IMG/VR virus record: IMGVR_UViG_3300042886_000261
Location: 1 to 64,000 of that record
DNA length: 64,000 nucleotides
Source of the DNA: a virus
Direction: 5' to 3' (one strand)
The notes below the pieces were generated by a model. The model was not told where the DNA came from. It made no database searches and saw only the letters and a list, made by a program, of their open reading frames with translations. Below, in pieces: positions 46,705-56,537 of the stretch; the first letter of the stretch is position 1, and each line of letters starts with the position of its first letter. Made by a program: the position numbers and the translations under genes.

Positions 46705-47108
46705 TGAATAAAAAACAAGAAATAGAAAAAATGGAAATTGATACTGGATATCTTAATTATGAGTTTTCAAAAAAATTAAAAGATTTAGGCTATGACGGAA
46801 TGAGCCTTATGTTGTATATTAAAGATGCTCATGTTGGCTGGTATTCAAAATACATAACAAATGAAATTATTGACAAGTTAGAAAACACAACTGAAGAATC
46901 TTGTGTTGCGGCACTTAGACCTTTTGTATTTAATTGGTTTGATGAAAAAACAGATTGGTTAATTTCAATACAACAAGTTGGAAAAACAGAATTTGGATTT
47001 ACTATTTCTTTTGATAAAGAAAATGTAATAAAAAGTTTTTCCTATTCTAATAGAAAAATAGCTGAAGAAACTTGTTTAAAAGAACTTATTAAAAAATACA
47101 TTAAATAA
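46704..47108 (+). CDS. Hypothetical protein
   Basis: YE.SKKLK.LGYD...F.WF...AEE..L..LI pattern. Confidence 0.65.
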   Translation: MNKKQEIEKMEIDTGYLNYEFSKKLKDLGYDGMSLMLYIKDAHVGWYSKYITNEIIDKLENTTEESCVAALRPFVFNWFDEKTDWLISIQQVGKTEFGFTISFDKENVIKSFSYSNRKIAEETCLKELIKKYIK

Positions 47109-47109
47109 A

Positions 47110-47451
47110 ATGAGTCATCCTTTAGAGCATTGTAAGTCCTCAGTAAGAAAATGGGGTGGAGAATGGAGTGATTACATTGCAATTCATAATTGGTTTGATG
47201 AAACTAAAAAATGGATTGGGCATAGTAAACACAGAATGTTTAGACATCATAGTGAAGGTATATTTGAATGTGAAAAGATATTTGGAATGTCTTTTGTCAA
47301 CTCAGATGGTAAAACTGTATATACAAGATATGTTGGAGAACAACATGTAAAAGAGGATTGTAATAATTATATCCCAAGTGCTAAAGAATGGGTTCAGAAT
47401 TTAGATAAACCCACAGAATGGATGATTAAAACACTTAAAATAGAAGACTAA
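47110..47451 (+). CDS. DUF6915-like protein
   Basis: HP..H..SS..KWGG...DY..IH.WFD.TK...HR..RHH.EGIF...EQHV.ED. Confidence 0.8.
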   Translation: MSHPLEHCKSSVRKWGGEWSDYIAIHNWFDETKKWIGHSKHRMFRHHSEGIFECEKIFGMSFVNSDGKTVYTRYVGEQHVKEDCNNYIPSAKEWVQNLDKPTEWMIKTLKIED

Positions 47452-47738
47452 TGGAAAAAATAACACATGAAACTTTACTAGAACATGATTGGAAATGTAC
47501 TGATATAGGAAATCAAAGGTATGAACATACTTTTTATCCAAATTTAACATTGTTTTTAAGCAAAGATTATGGTATTGATAATAACTATATGATACAAATA
47601 TTGGCAATAAGTTCTGATTTTGATACATTAAAACTTAATATAAATTGCATTACAATTAATGATTTAAGAGGACTTGAAGCTTTACTTCAAAAAGCAAGTG
47701 CTGTAGGTTTAATTAAAAGACTATTGATTAATTATTAA
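47451..47738 (+). CDS. Hypothetical protein
   Basis: 95 aa. Confidence 0.6.
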   Translation: MEKITHETLLEHDWKCTDIGNQRYEHTFYPNLTLFLSKDYGIDNNYMIQILAISSDFDTLKLNINCITINDLRGLEALLQKASAVGLIKRLLINY

Positions 47739-47749
47739 ATATAAGACTA

Positions 47750-48088
47750 ATGGAAGAAGTAGAAAAAACAATTAAAATAGAAAATGAGAAAATCAAAGTG
47801 GTTTTTACAAATGAGGTAAATTCTGATGAGCCAAGTTTAGAAGTAGAATTTATTTTTACAAGAAACAGTGAAGGTGAAAAAATAACTGAAGTGTCAATTG
47901 ATAAATCTATTTTTACTAGAGAGCAATCATTTATGAGTGAATTGTATATGAATACAGTTAATTCTTTATTAATGGTAAAAGAAATATTTGATAAAGGTGA
48001 AGTGTATGAAGGTGTACATACAATAACTAGAGAACAATACAAGCAGTATTTAATAAAAGTAAGAGGTGTTGATCCAACTAAATTATAA
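47750..48088 (+). CDS. Hypothetical protein
   Basis: 112 aa. Confidence 0.6.
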   Translation: MEEVEKTIKIENEKIKVVFTNEVNSDEPSLEVEFIFTRNSEGEKITEVSIDKSIFTREQSFMSELYMNTVNSLLMVKEIFDKGEVYEGVHTITREQYKQYLIKVRGVDPTKL

Positions 48089-48094
48089 AGACTA

Positions 48095-48268
48095 ATGGAA
48101 AAGATGAATAAAGAAGCAGAAACACAAGTAGTAAACTTGTTAAATCAATTAGAAGTACTAATTTCTAATAATATGGAATATGATGATGAAAACCCAGAAA
48201 CATGTCAAAAAACTGAAGTTTTAGGGTTATTAGGTTATATATCTGATGAACTTTTAGAAATAAACTAG
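48095..48268 (+). CDS. Small acidic protein (57 aa)
   Basis: Not in track; MEKMNKEAETQVV...LLEIN*. Confidence 0.5.
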   Translation: MEKMNKEAETQVVNLLNQLEVLISNNMEYDDENPETCQKTEVLGLLGYISDELLEIN

Positions 48269-48370
48269 AATTATGGAAATGCAATTATTTATAATAGATG
48301 GCTATAAAATCTGGGCATTTACATATGAAGATGCATATGCAAATTACTTAGTGATATCAAAATTATAAAA

Positions 48371-48778
48371 ATGGAAAAAGTAGTACTGAATAGAGAAAGT
48401 GTTGAAAGTATATATGAAATGTATAATTCTCCTGATAAAGAGAATCATGTTGTTGCAAATGAAATACTAAATAATTGTGATATTGATGCATCTGAAGGAT
48501 GGTTAATTATATTTTATGGTATGAGTTTAAAAAGTGATGATTATTGGTTAGAAAATATGCCTAATGTTTTTGTTAGAGTCCGTGAATTAGGTATTCAAAG
48601 TGATCATAAGTTAAGTGCAGCACAACTTGTTAATGCTTTAATTGTTGCAAAAGTAGAACCTGGGATTATGGATTACTATTTAGAAATTCATGTTGAAGAT
48701 TTAAAAAGAGCAATGTCAAACTGGGGTTATCCAGTTAATAAATTAAATTACTCAATAACATTAAAAAATGAAGAGTAG
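48371..48778 (+). CDS. Hypothetical protein sharing a domain with 51244..52497
   Basis: ESIYEMYNSPDKENHVVANEILNN versus DSLCEMFNSSDTDNHTMAMEIMAN. Confidence 0.65.
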   Translation: MEKVVLNRESVESIYEMYNSPDKENHVVANEILNNCDIDASEGWLIIFYGMSLKSDDYWLENMPNVFVRVRELGIQSDHKLSAAQLVNALIVAKVEPGIMDYYLEIHVEDLKRAMSNWGYPVNKLNYSITLKNEE

Positions 48779-49958
48779 AGAAGATAGTTTAGCAAAAACC
48801 AGTAAAGACTTGATGTTAAAAGAGCCCTATTATGGGTTCTTTTTAATCATGTTAAATAAAGTATGGAATAATAAAATAGTTCCTACTGCTGGTGTAAGTA
48901 AAAATAATATTAATTATCAACTTACAATTAATGAAGATTTCTGGACAAGTTTATCTGAGGATCATAGATTAGGTTTACTTAAGCATGAGTTACTTCATAT
49001 AGCTTTTGGTCATCTTACTATGTATTTTAAGTTTAGTGATAAAAAACTGGCTAATATAGCTATGGATATGGAGATTAATCAGTATATTTCAGATGAATTA
49101 CTACCAGAAGGTGGTATTAATATTGATGATTATCCTGATTTAAATCTTGATAGAAAAGCAGGTTGTAGATATTATTATGATAAACTACAACAGGCTAAAG
49201 AAGATAAAGACAAAAATGGCACAAGTGGTGATGATAATTTTGATAAGTTAGCTGATCAAATGGATGCTGGAGATGAAATGGCCAGTGATCATCCTACTTG
49301 GGCTGATTTTGAAGATATGACTGAAGCTGAGCAAAAGCTAATTGAGAAACAATTAAATAAAATTCTTAATGATGCTAAGGAGATGACTGAAAAGAAAAGA
49401 GGTAATATCCCTGGAGAAATTGAGGGTTTACTTGAAATGGAAGAAATTAAGCCTGCTAAATTTGATTGGAGAGGATATATCAGAAGATTTACTGGTGTAT
49501 CATCTAAAGTGTATACTAAAAAGATAAGGAGAAAAGAGAATAAAAGATATTCTGAGAATCCTGGTCTTAAGATTAAAATGAAACAACACATGTTGTTGGC
49601 TATTGATACTTCAGGATCAGTATGTGATCAAGAGTTACATGAATTTATGAATGAAATATTACACATCTATAAACAAGGTGTTGATATTACCATAGTACAA
49701 TGTGATACTGCTATCAAAAGCATAGAACCTTATAAAGGTAAAAATGAAATTGAGATATATGGAAGAGGTGGGACAGAATTTGATCCCGTCCTTGAATATT
49801 ATAATGAGAATATAAGAAAATATACTAGCTTAGTGTATTTTACTGACGGTGAGTGTTATACTAATGTAAAGCCAAAAGCTCCTATATTGTGGGTGCTGTC
49901 TGAGCAATCTTATATGAACACGGAACTTCCCGGAAAAGTTATTAAGTTAGAAATTTAA
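48768..49958 (+). CDS. Metallopeptidase-VWA protein (DUF2201-like)
   Basis: HELLH, NIAMD.EINQ, MIDAS DTSGS, GRGGTEF, YFTDG. Confidence 0.88.
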   Translation: MKSREDSLAKTSKDLMLKEPYYGFFLIMLNKVWNNKIVPTAGVSKNNINYQLTINEDFWTSLSEDHRLGLLKHELLHIAFGHLTMYFKFSDKKLANIAMDMEINQYISDELLPEGGINIDDYPDLNLDRKAGCRYYYDKLQQAKEDKDKNGTSGDDNFDKLADQMDAGDEMASDHPTWADFEDMTEAEQKLIEKQLNKILNDAKEMTEKKRGNIPGEIEGLLEMEEIKPAKFDWRGYIRRFTGVSSKVYTKKIRRKENKRYSENPGLKIKMKQHMLLAIDTSGSVCDQELHEFMNEILHIYKQGVDITIVQCDTAIKSIEPYKGKNEIEIYGRGGTEFDPVLEYYNENIRKYTSLVYFTDGECYTNVKPKAPILWVLSEQSYMNTELPGKVIKLEI

Positions 49959-49971
49959 AAAATTAAAAAAG

Positions 49972-51147
49972 ATGAGTCAAGTTCAATTAAATGTAGAAGA
50001 ATTAAAAGGGTTTTTAAAACACATAGTTGGTAATAATCAATACATCCAAGCTGAAGGTAAAGTACCTGTTGCAATAAATGTAGAAGGTGATGCAGGTCTT
50101 GGAAAGACTTCAGCTGTTAAGCAATTAGCAATTGAAATGGGTATGAATATTATTAAATTAAATCTTTCACAGATTGAAGAGTTAGGTGATTTAATTGGTT
50201 TTCCATTTAAAGAATTTGAGATGGTTAGAGAAGATGGTGCTACTAAATGGGTTCAAGAATCTTTAATGGAAACTTATATTAAGAATAGATATAAACCTAC
50301 TAATAGTAGTAGAATGTCACATGCTGCTCCAGAATGGATACAAGGGCAAGGTGAAGGTGGTTTCTTGATTTTAGATGATTATACTAGAGCTGATCATAGA
50401 TTTATGCAAGCAACTATGGAGCTTATTGATCAGCAAGAATATATTTCTTGGAAATTGCCAAAGAACTGGCACATAATATTAACTTCAAATCCAGACAATG
50501 GAGATTATAATGTAACTGCATTAGATGTAGCTCAAAAGACTAGATTTATCTCAGTTGAAATTAAATTTGATATTAATGTATGGGCTAAGTGGGCTGAGCA
50601 AGTAGGAATTGATGGTAGATGTATCAATTTTATGTTGATGAATCCAGAAGTAGTAACTCAAAAAGTTAATCCAAGAGCTATTACTACTTTCTTTAATGCT
50701 ATTAGTTCTATTGAGAAGTTTGAAGAACAGTTACCGTTAATTCAAATGATTGGAGAAGGTTCAGTAGGACCTGAATTCTCTAGTATGTTCACTATGTTTA
50801 TTAATAACAAGATGGATAAAATTATATCTCCAGCTGATATTATGACTAATGTAAATGAAGCATATGTAGTTGGAGCATTAAATGGAGCAATAGGTACTGG
50901 AGATGAATTTAGAGCTGATATCAGTAGTATTATTACTACAAGACTTATAAATTATTCATTGACACATGCAGCTAATCATTCTATAAGTGATGCTATGATA
51001 AACAGATTAGTAAAACTTACTACAGACTGTGACGCATTCACTAATGATCTTAAATACTATTTAGTGAAAGAGTTACTAGCAGGCAATAAACCAAAATTTT
51101 CCAAGCTCATGATGAATCCACAAGTAGTGAAGATGGCTGTCAAATAG
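49972..51147 (+). CDS. MoxR-like AAA+ ATPase
   Basis: GDAGLGKT, ELGDLIGFP, LILDDYTRA, TSNP, LD.AQKTRF. Confidence 0.85.
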   Translation: MSQVQLNVEELKGFLKHIVGNNQYIQAEGKVPVAINVEGDAGLGKTSAVKQLAIEMGMNIIKLNLSQIEELGDLIGFPFKEFEMVREDGATKWVQESLMETYIKNRYKPTNSSRMSHAAPEWIQGQGEGGFLILDDYTRADHRFMQATMELIDQQEYISWKLPKNWHIILTSNPDNGDYNVTALDVAQKTRFISVEIKFDINVWAKWAEQVGIDGRCINFMLMNPEVVTQKVNPRAITTFFNAISSIEKFEEQLPLIQMIGEGSVGPEFSSMFTMFINNKMDKIISPADIMTNVNEAYVVGALNGAIGTGDEFRADISSIITTRLINYSLTHAANHSISDAMINRLVKLTTDCDAFTNDLKYYLVKELLAGNKPKFSKLMMNPQVVKMAVK

Positions 51148-51204
51148 TAAAAGCATAAAACTGTTTCCCATAAAAAGGAGCATAAACACAATTAAAACAA
51201 ATAT

Positions 51205-51230
51205 AAAGCGGTGTAAAAGCCGCTTTTTTT
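51205..51230 (+). terminator. Intrinsic terminator
   Basis: aaagcgg/ccgcttt hairpin plus T-tract. Confidence 0.75.
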
Positions 51231-51243
51231 AAAATTAAATTAT

Positions 51244-52497
51244 ATGAAAGAGACATTATTTATAGAGATGGAGATTGCAAATGGTGATTGGTATGATAAT
51301 CATGATATAAACTCTTTATCTTTTAGGTTTGATATAGATACTAAAATATGTGATTTTGATAATGTGAATGATAATAAAATATTTAACACAGTATCAACAG
51401 GTTATATACCTACATTAAATGATAAATTATATTTTGCAAAAGGAGTTAATATTCCAAGAGTAAAACTTAAAAATCTTGCAAAAGATTACAAAATTAAATC
51501 TACTACTAATTTAACAGATGCATCAGCAATTTTTGTTTCAGAAAATAGTAATTCAAAATACACAACTTGTCAATGGACATATACTGTTGATACTGTTGAG
51601 TTTAAACAATATTTTGAAAATTATTTAGCTTTAAACTTAGGTGATGATTATTATAATCAAAAAGTAATAGATGCATTAGAATTTTATACTGAAGAATCAA
51701 TTGGAGTTTCATATAATACAAGAGGTTTTCTTGAAAGTTCACATATTCCATTTAGATTAACATCTGGTACTAGTTATTCTTCTAAAAGATATAATAAAAT
51801 ACAAGATGAATATCTTAGTGCTTATAATGAAATAAATAATTCAACTCTACCAGTATATGATGAATCAGAATTACTAAAACACCTTAATGGAAATGAGGCA
51901 TTAGGTATTGATTCTGATATGTATGATAGCTTGTGTGAAATGTTTAATAGTTCTGATACTGATAATCACACAATGGCTATGGAAATCATGGCTAATTCAA
52001 ATTTTGAAGACAGTGTGTTATATCTTAGTTTACTATTTTATTCATACTCTGGTCAAATGCAGCAATGTAGAAGTAAAGGACATGTAAATTTTAAATCATT
52101 ATTATCTCTAATGACATTACCAAGTTCATATTTTAGAATGAATATTGATGATGTTATGGATAAACTGAAAAAGCATAAACAATTAACTAAAGAAAATGTT
52201 GACATAGTGCTAAAGCTCCACGGGGATGATATAACTGATGGAGGTAATTCTTTATATTTTAGAGTAAAAACTATTACTTTATGTACTGAATATCTTGAAG
52301 TTATGGATTTTAATTATACTTTTGTAGTGCAAGAAGATTTTGTTGCATCATCCCCAGAAATTGAATTACCTGATTTAGAAGAAGAAGCAGTTGTTGCATC
52401 TATTGCAACAGAACCTGAAAAGATAGATAAAGTCTTAATTGACTTTGATAATGTGAATCTAGAATTAAAAACAAACACTGATGGCTATTTCTTATAA
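51244..52497 (+). CDS. Hypothetical protein, possible BRCT-like N-terminal domain
   Basis: KLYF..GVNIPR.KL......KI.....LTDA..IFV resembles BRCT. Confidence 0.5.
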   Translation: MKETLFIEMEIANGDWYDNHDINSLSFRFDIDTKICDFDNVNDNKIFNTVSTGYIPTLNDKLYFAKGVNIPRVKLKNLAKDYKIKSTTNLTDASAIFVSENSNSKYTTCQWTYTVDTVEFKQYFENYLALNLGDDYYNQKVIDALEFYTEESIGVSYNTRGFLESSHIPFRLTSGTSYSSKRYNKIQDEYLSAYNEINNSTLPVYDESELLKHLNGNEALGIDSDMYDSLCEMFNSSDTDNHTMAMEIMANSNFEDSVLYLSLLFYSYSGQMQQCRSKGHVNFKSLLSLMTLPSSYFRMNIDDVMDKLKKHKQLTKENVDIVLKLHGDDITDGGNSLYFRVKTITLCTEYLEVMDFNYTFVVQEDFVASSPEIELPDLEEEAVVASIATEPEKIDKVLIDFDNVNLELKTNTDGYFL

Positions 52498-53488
52498 TGA
52501 AGAATTAAATCAATTTTATAATAGTGACTTTTATTTTAGTTACTCAAGTATTAATAAGCTGCTGTATTCACCGGCAGCTTTTTATAGACACTATATCTTA
52601 AATCAAAGAGAAGATATGGTTGATGCTCATTTAGTAGCAGGGAAAGTAGTACATTGTTTACTACTTGAACCAAAGAATTTTGATAAAGAATTCATAGTAA
52701 TACCTGGTAATCTTCCAAAAGATAACAACAGGTTATTAGTAGATGAAGTCTTTAAGGTTTATCAATCACAACCTGATACTGATTTAACATTAACTGATTT
52801 CTCTGATTCAATAATTGATGTACTTGCAGGTATTAACTTGTATCAGTCATTAAAAAATGATGAAGGTAGAATTGCAAAAATGACAACTGAACAGAATATG
52901 CAGTACTTTGAATTTTTAAAAGTAAAGCAAGGTAAAACTATTGTGGATCAAACCACACTAGACACAGCAAAAGAATCTGTAGAGTTATTAAGAAAGCATC
53001 CAATTGTGAGTGAGTTGATGCAACTTAATGGTGATATAGATGAGAATGTTAAGATCTTTAATGAAGAAGGTGTACAGATAAAATCAAGTAAGTATAAATT
53101 TGGTTTTAAAGGTATCTTAGATAATGTAGTCATGGACTATAATACTAAGACTTTATTTATTAATGACTTAAAAACAACTGGTAAACCTATTCAGGATTTT
53201 CCAGACTCAGTGCAATATTATAAATATTGGATACAGGCCGTCATGTATAAACAGTTGAGTTTGGGTAAATATCTTAAAGGTTTACCTGATATGGCTGAAT
53301 GGAAAATTGTTATTACTTTTATTGTGATTGATAAAGCTAATTTAATTTATCCTTTTCAAGTATCAACAGAAACATTAAAGGTGTGGGAAGAAAATTTTAA
53401 AGAGATATTGACAGTTGTAGACTATCATTATACTAATAAGGATTTTACTCTTCCATATCAATTAGCAACCGGTAATGTAAAACTATAA
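52481..53488 (+). CDS. PD-(D/E)XK exonuclease (RecE/DUF3799-like)
   Basis: FSYSSI, GKVVHCLLLEP, KGILD, INDLKTT, Y.IQA.MY. Confidence 0.85.
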   Translation: MAISYNEELNQFYNSDFYFSYSSINKLLYSPAAFYRHYILNQREDMVDAHLVAGKVVHCLLLEPKNFDKEFIVIPGNLPKDNNRLLVDEVFKVYQSQPDTDLTLTDFSDSIIDVLAGINLYQSLKNDEGRIAKMTTEQNMQYFEFLKVKQGKTIVDQTTLDTAKESVELLRKHPIVSELMQLNGDIDENVKIFNEEGVQIKSSKYKFGFKGILDNVVMDYNTKTLFINDLKTTGKPIQDFPDSVQYYKYWIQAVMYKQLSLGKYLKGLPDMAEWKIVITFIVIDKANLIYPFQVSTETLKVWEENFKEILTVVDYHYTNKDFTLPYQLATGNVKL

Positions 53489-53493
53489 CAATT

Positions 53494-54063
53494 ATGAGTA
53501 TTAGTGCGCTTTATAAAAATTACTTTCAAAAATCCAAGATATTTGTATATCCACTCTTGGGCATTAAAAAAGGTTCAAGTGTTACTCCAGTTCAAACATA
53601 TTTTGGCTGGAATGATTATGTAAAACCTGAGGATATGAAATTAGTAGCAATTTTTCATGAAAGAAAAGATCAAGATTATCTGAATTTTGAGAAAAATGTA
53701 CTATTAAAACACAATAGACTAAGTGATTATATTAAACTGAATGATACTGAGGTATTATATACATTTGATTTTTCTGACATGAAAGATGATTGGATGCATT
53801 TAATCAATGGTAAATACAGTAAGATGAATCCTACAGTTAAGCGCAAAATAAGAGACCATTTTGATAAGAATGGCAGCAATTTCATGTATATGGATAGTTT
53901 TTTATTTCCTGAAAAGTATTTTAATATTTATTCTGAGTTACTTGGTATATCAGAAGAGACATTAAGAGATGTAGGAGAATTATGTACTATACCAGACATG
54001 GAAAAAGAAATATTAATAGTAAATGTAGAAGAATTACAAAAGTTAAATAAAGATTTAAAATAA
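53494..54063 (+). CDS. Conserved hypothetical protein
   Basis: F..PLLG...NGKYSK. Confidence 0.65.
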   Translation: MSISALYKNYFQKSKIFVYPLLGIKKGSSVTPVQTYFGWNDYVKPEDMKLVAIFHERKDQDYLNFEKNVLLKHNRLSDYIKLNDTEVLYTFDFSDMKDDWMHLINGKYSKMNPTVKRKIRDHFDKNGSNFMYMDSFLFPEKYFNIYSELLGISEETLRDVGELCTIPDMEKEILIVNVEELQKLNKDLK

Positions 54064-54068
54064 AAATT

Positions 54069-54455
54069 ATGACAGGAGAAAACACAATGACATTAATTAG
54101 TTCAGAATGGAATGGTCACAGTACATTTAGAATGATACCAGTATCTAATGATTCACCTTATGTAGAATGTATTTATGATTTGACATCAGGGTTATTTGTT
54201 ATTATAGGTAAAGTAACTAAAACTACATTACACATGTTACCAAAACTAGATGAAAATGGAGACCCTACTGCTACTAAAGCATTGAGACCTAATGGTAGAA
54301 ATGTAAAAGAAGAAAGAGTGTCAAGTGAAACATTTCAAGAGTACTACTTAGATAACAAGTTAGATATTAAAAATCTTATTAACTTTATAGGTATTAATTC
54401 TAAAGAGTTTGACTTTCAGACTACACTTGATAAAGCAGTACAACCTGCAAAATAA
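54069..54455 (+). CDS. Conserved hypothetical protein
   Basis: 128 aa; terminator-like hairpin at 54467-54498. Confidence 0.65.
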   Translation: MTGENTMTLISSEWNGHSTFRMIPVSNDSPYVECIYDLTSGLFVIIGKVTKTTLHMLPKLDENGDPTATKALRPNGRNVKEERVSSETFQEYYLDNKLDIKNLINFIGINSKEFDFQTTLDKAVQPAK

Positions 54456-54535
54456 TTAAATAATTCACAGAGTGTCATTACTGATGCTCTGTGTTTTTAA
54501 CTAAATAGGGGAAACAGCTTAACTGAATAATAAAT

Positions 54536-56536
54536 ATGGGAGAGATTACAAAAACACATTGGGTCATGGACCTAGAAACTCTTAGCAATTGCTTTATAGC
54601 TTGTTTTGAAAGTGTTAAATCAGATGAAAGATATGTATTTGTAATGCATGATTTACAGAATGACTGGGATGAGTTTATTGCATTTTTAGAAAGAAATATA
54701 TTATATGATGAATGGCATGTATCTTATAATGGATTAGGATTTGATGGTCAGATAACTGAATATATAATTCAGAATGCTGAAAGTTTATCTTATATGTCAG
54801 GTAGTGAGATTGCAGAATGGGTTTACAGTAAAGCACAACATGTAATCAATAAGCAAAGTAATGGAGAATTTCTAGATTTTTATGAAAAGACTATGAGTGT
54901 TAAGCAAGTAGATGTCTTTAAGTTAAATCATTGGGATAATCCTGCTAAAAGAAGCTCACTAAAGTGGATTCAGTATAGTATGGATTGGGAAAGCATACAG
55001 GATATGCCTATACACCATACTACCAAAGTGACCACATTTGATCAGATTGATGAGATAATTGGTTATTGTTGGAATGATGTAAAGTCAACTAAGCGTATAA
55101 TGATGCTTAGTAAAAGTCAAATTGCTTTAAGGAAAACATTAACTGAGGAGTATAATATTCCTTTATTCAGTGCATCTGAGCCAAGAATTAGTAAAGAGTT
55201 ATTTTTACATTTCTTGAGTGAGAGTACTGGTATTAAAAAGTATGACTTAAGACAATTAAGAACTAAAAGAGAAAGTATTACAGTAAAAGATATAATACTT
55301 GATTATACTGAATTTAAAACTGCAACATTTCAAAAACTATTAACAAGATTTAATGAAATAATTGTATATCCAGAAAACACAAAAGGAGGATTTAAATATA
55401 GTCTGAACTATAAAGGTGTTAAAACTGATTTTGGTTTAGGTGGTATTCATGGTGCAAGGAAGAGTGGTATATATGAGTCTAGTAAGGATGTTATTATTAT
55501 GTCAAGTGATGTAGTATCATATTATCCCAACTTAGCAATCAGAAATGGTTGGTCTCCAGCACATTTACCAAAAGCAGAATTTTGTGAGTTATATGAATGG
55601 TTCTTTAATGAAAGAAAAAAGATAAGTAAAAAAGATGTAAGGAATTATGTATATAAGATTATTCTTAATTCAACTTATGGATTAAGTAATGATGCTAATA
55701 GTTTTCTGTATGACCCAGAGTTTACTATGCAAATTACAATTAATGGCCAGTTAAGTTTATGCATGCTATATGAGATGATATGTGAGGAGATTCCTGATGC
55801 ATATCCTTTGATGCAAAATACTGATGGTCTAGAAACTATTATACCTAGAGAATATCAAGATAAGTATCTAGAGATTTGCAATAGATGGGAAAAGATAACT
55901 AATCTTCAATTAGAACATGATACTTATAGTAAAATGATTCTTGGAGATGTAAATAACTACATAGCAATACATGATTATAAACTTGTTGATAAAGATAGAT
56001 ATAATGAAATGAAGCAAGAGAATCCGCATTATCTTTTTAAAGAAGGAAATGGTACGTTCTATTATGCTGCAACTAAGTGTAAAGGTAGATTTGAGTTTAA
56101 TAATCTGGCCTTACATAAGAATAAAAGTTTTTTAATTATACCAAGAGCAATATATTATCATTTTGTACACGGTATTAAACCTGAAGCTTTTCTACTTACT
56201 CAGACTAATGTGTATGATTATTGTGGAGGAGTTAAGATAAAAGGTGACTGGGAATTTATTGAAGAAAAAATAGAAATGTCTGAATATTCAGCTACAAAAC
56301 TACAGCAGACTATTAGATATTATATATCTGAGAAAGGGTCTAAAATTATTAAGACAAATAAAACTGATGGTAGAAAGATACAAGTTGAAAGTGGTAAGTG
56401 GATGCAAACTGTATTCATTAACTATGTAGAGAAACCTTTTGATGAATATTTAATTAATAAGCAATTCTATTTACAGAAAATCAATAAAGAAATTAACCAG
56501 TTAGCACCAAATAGTAATCAATTAAAATTATTTTAA
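54536..56536 (+). CDS. polB: DNA polymerase family B
   Basis: Exo motifs DLE, YN...FD, YC.ND; polymerase motifs SDVVSYYP, KIILNSTYG, NTDG, KCKG. Confidence 0.92.
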   Translation: MGEITKTHWVMDLETLSNCFIACFESVKSDERYVFVMHDLQNDWDEFIAFLERNILYDEWHVSYNGLGFDGQITEYIIQNAESLSYMSGSEIAEWVYSKAQHVINKQSNGEFLDFYEKTMSVKQVDVFKLNHWDNPAKRSSLKWIQYSMDWESIQDMPIHHTTKVTTFDQIDEIIGYCWNDVKSTKRIMMLSKSQIALRKTLTEEYNIPLFSASEPRISKELFLHFLSESTGIKKYDLRQLRTKRESITVKDIILDYTEFKTATFQKLLTRFNEIIVYPENTKGGFKYSLNYKGVKTDFGLGGIHGARKSGIYESSKDVIIMSSDVVSYYPNLAIRNGWSPAHLPKAEFCELYEWFFNERKKISKKDVRNYVYKIILNSTYGLSNDANSFLYDPEFTMQITINGQLSLCMLYEMICEEIPDAYPLMQNTDGLETIIPREYQDKYLEICNRWEKITNLQLEHDTYSKMILGDVNNYIAIHDYKLVDKDRYNEMKQENPHYLFKEGNGTFYYAATKCKGRFEFNNLALHKNKSFLIIPRAIYYHFVHGIKPEAFLLTQTNVYDYCGGVKIKGDWEFIEEKIEMSEYSATKLQQTIRYYISEKGSKIIKTNKTDGRKIQVESGKWMQTVFINYVEKPFDEYLINKQFYLQKINKEINQLAPNSNQLKLF

Positions 56537-56537
56537 A

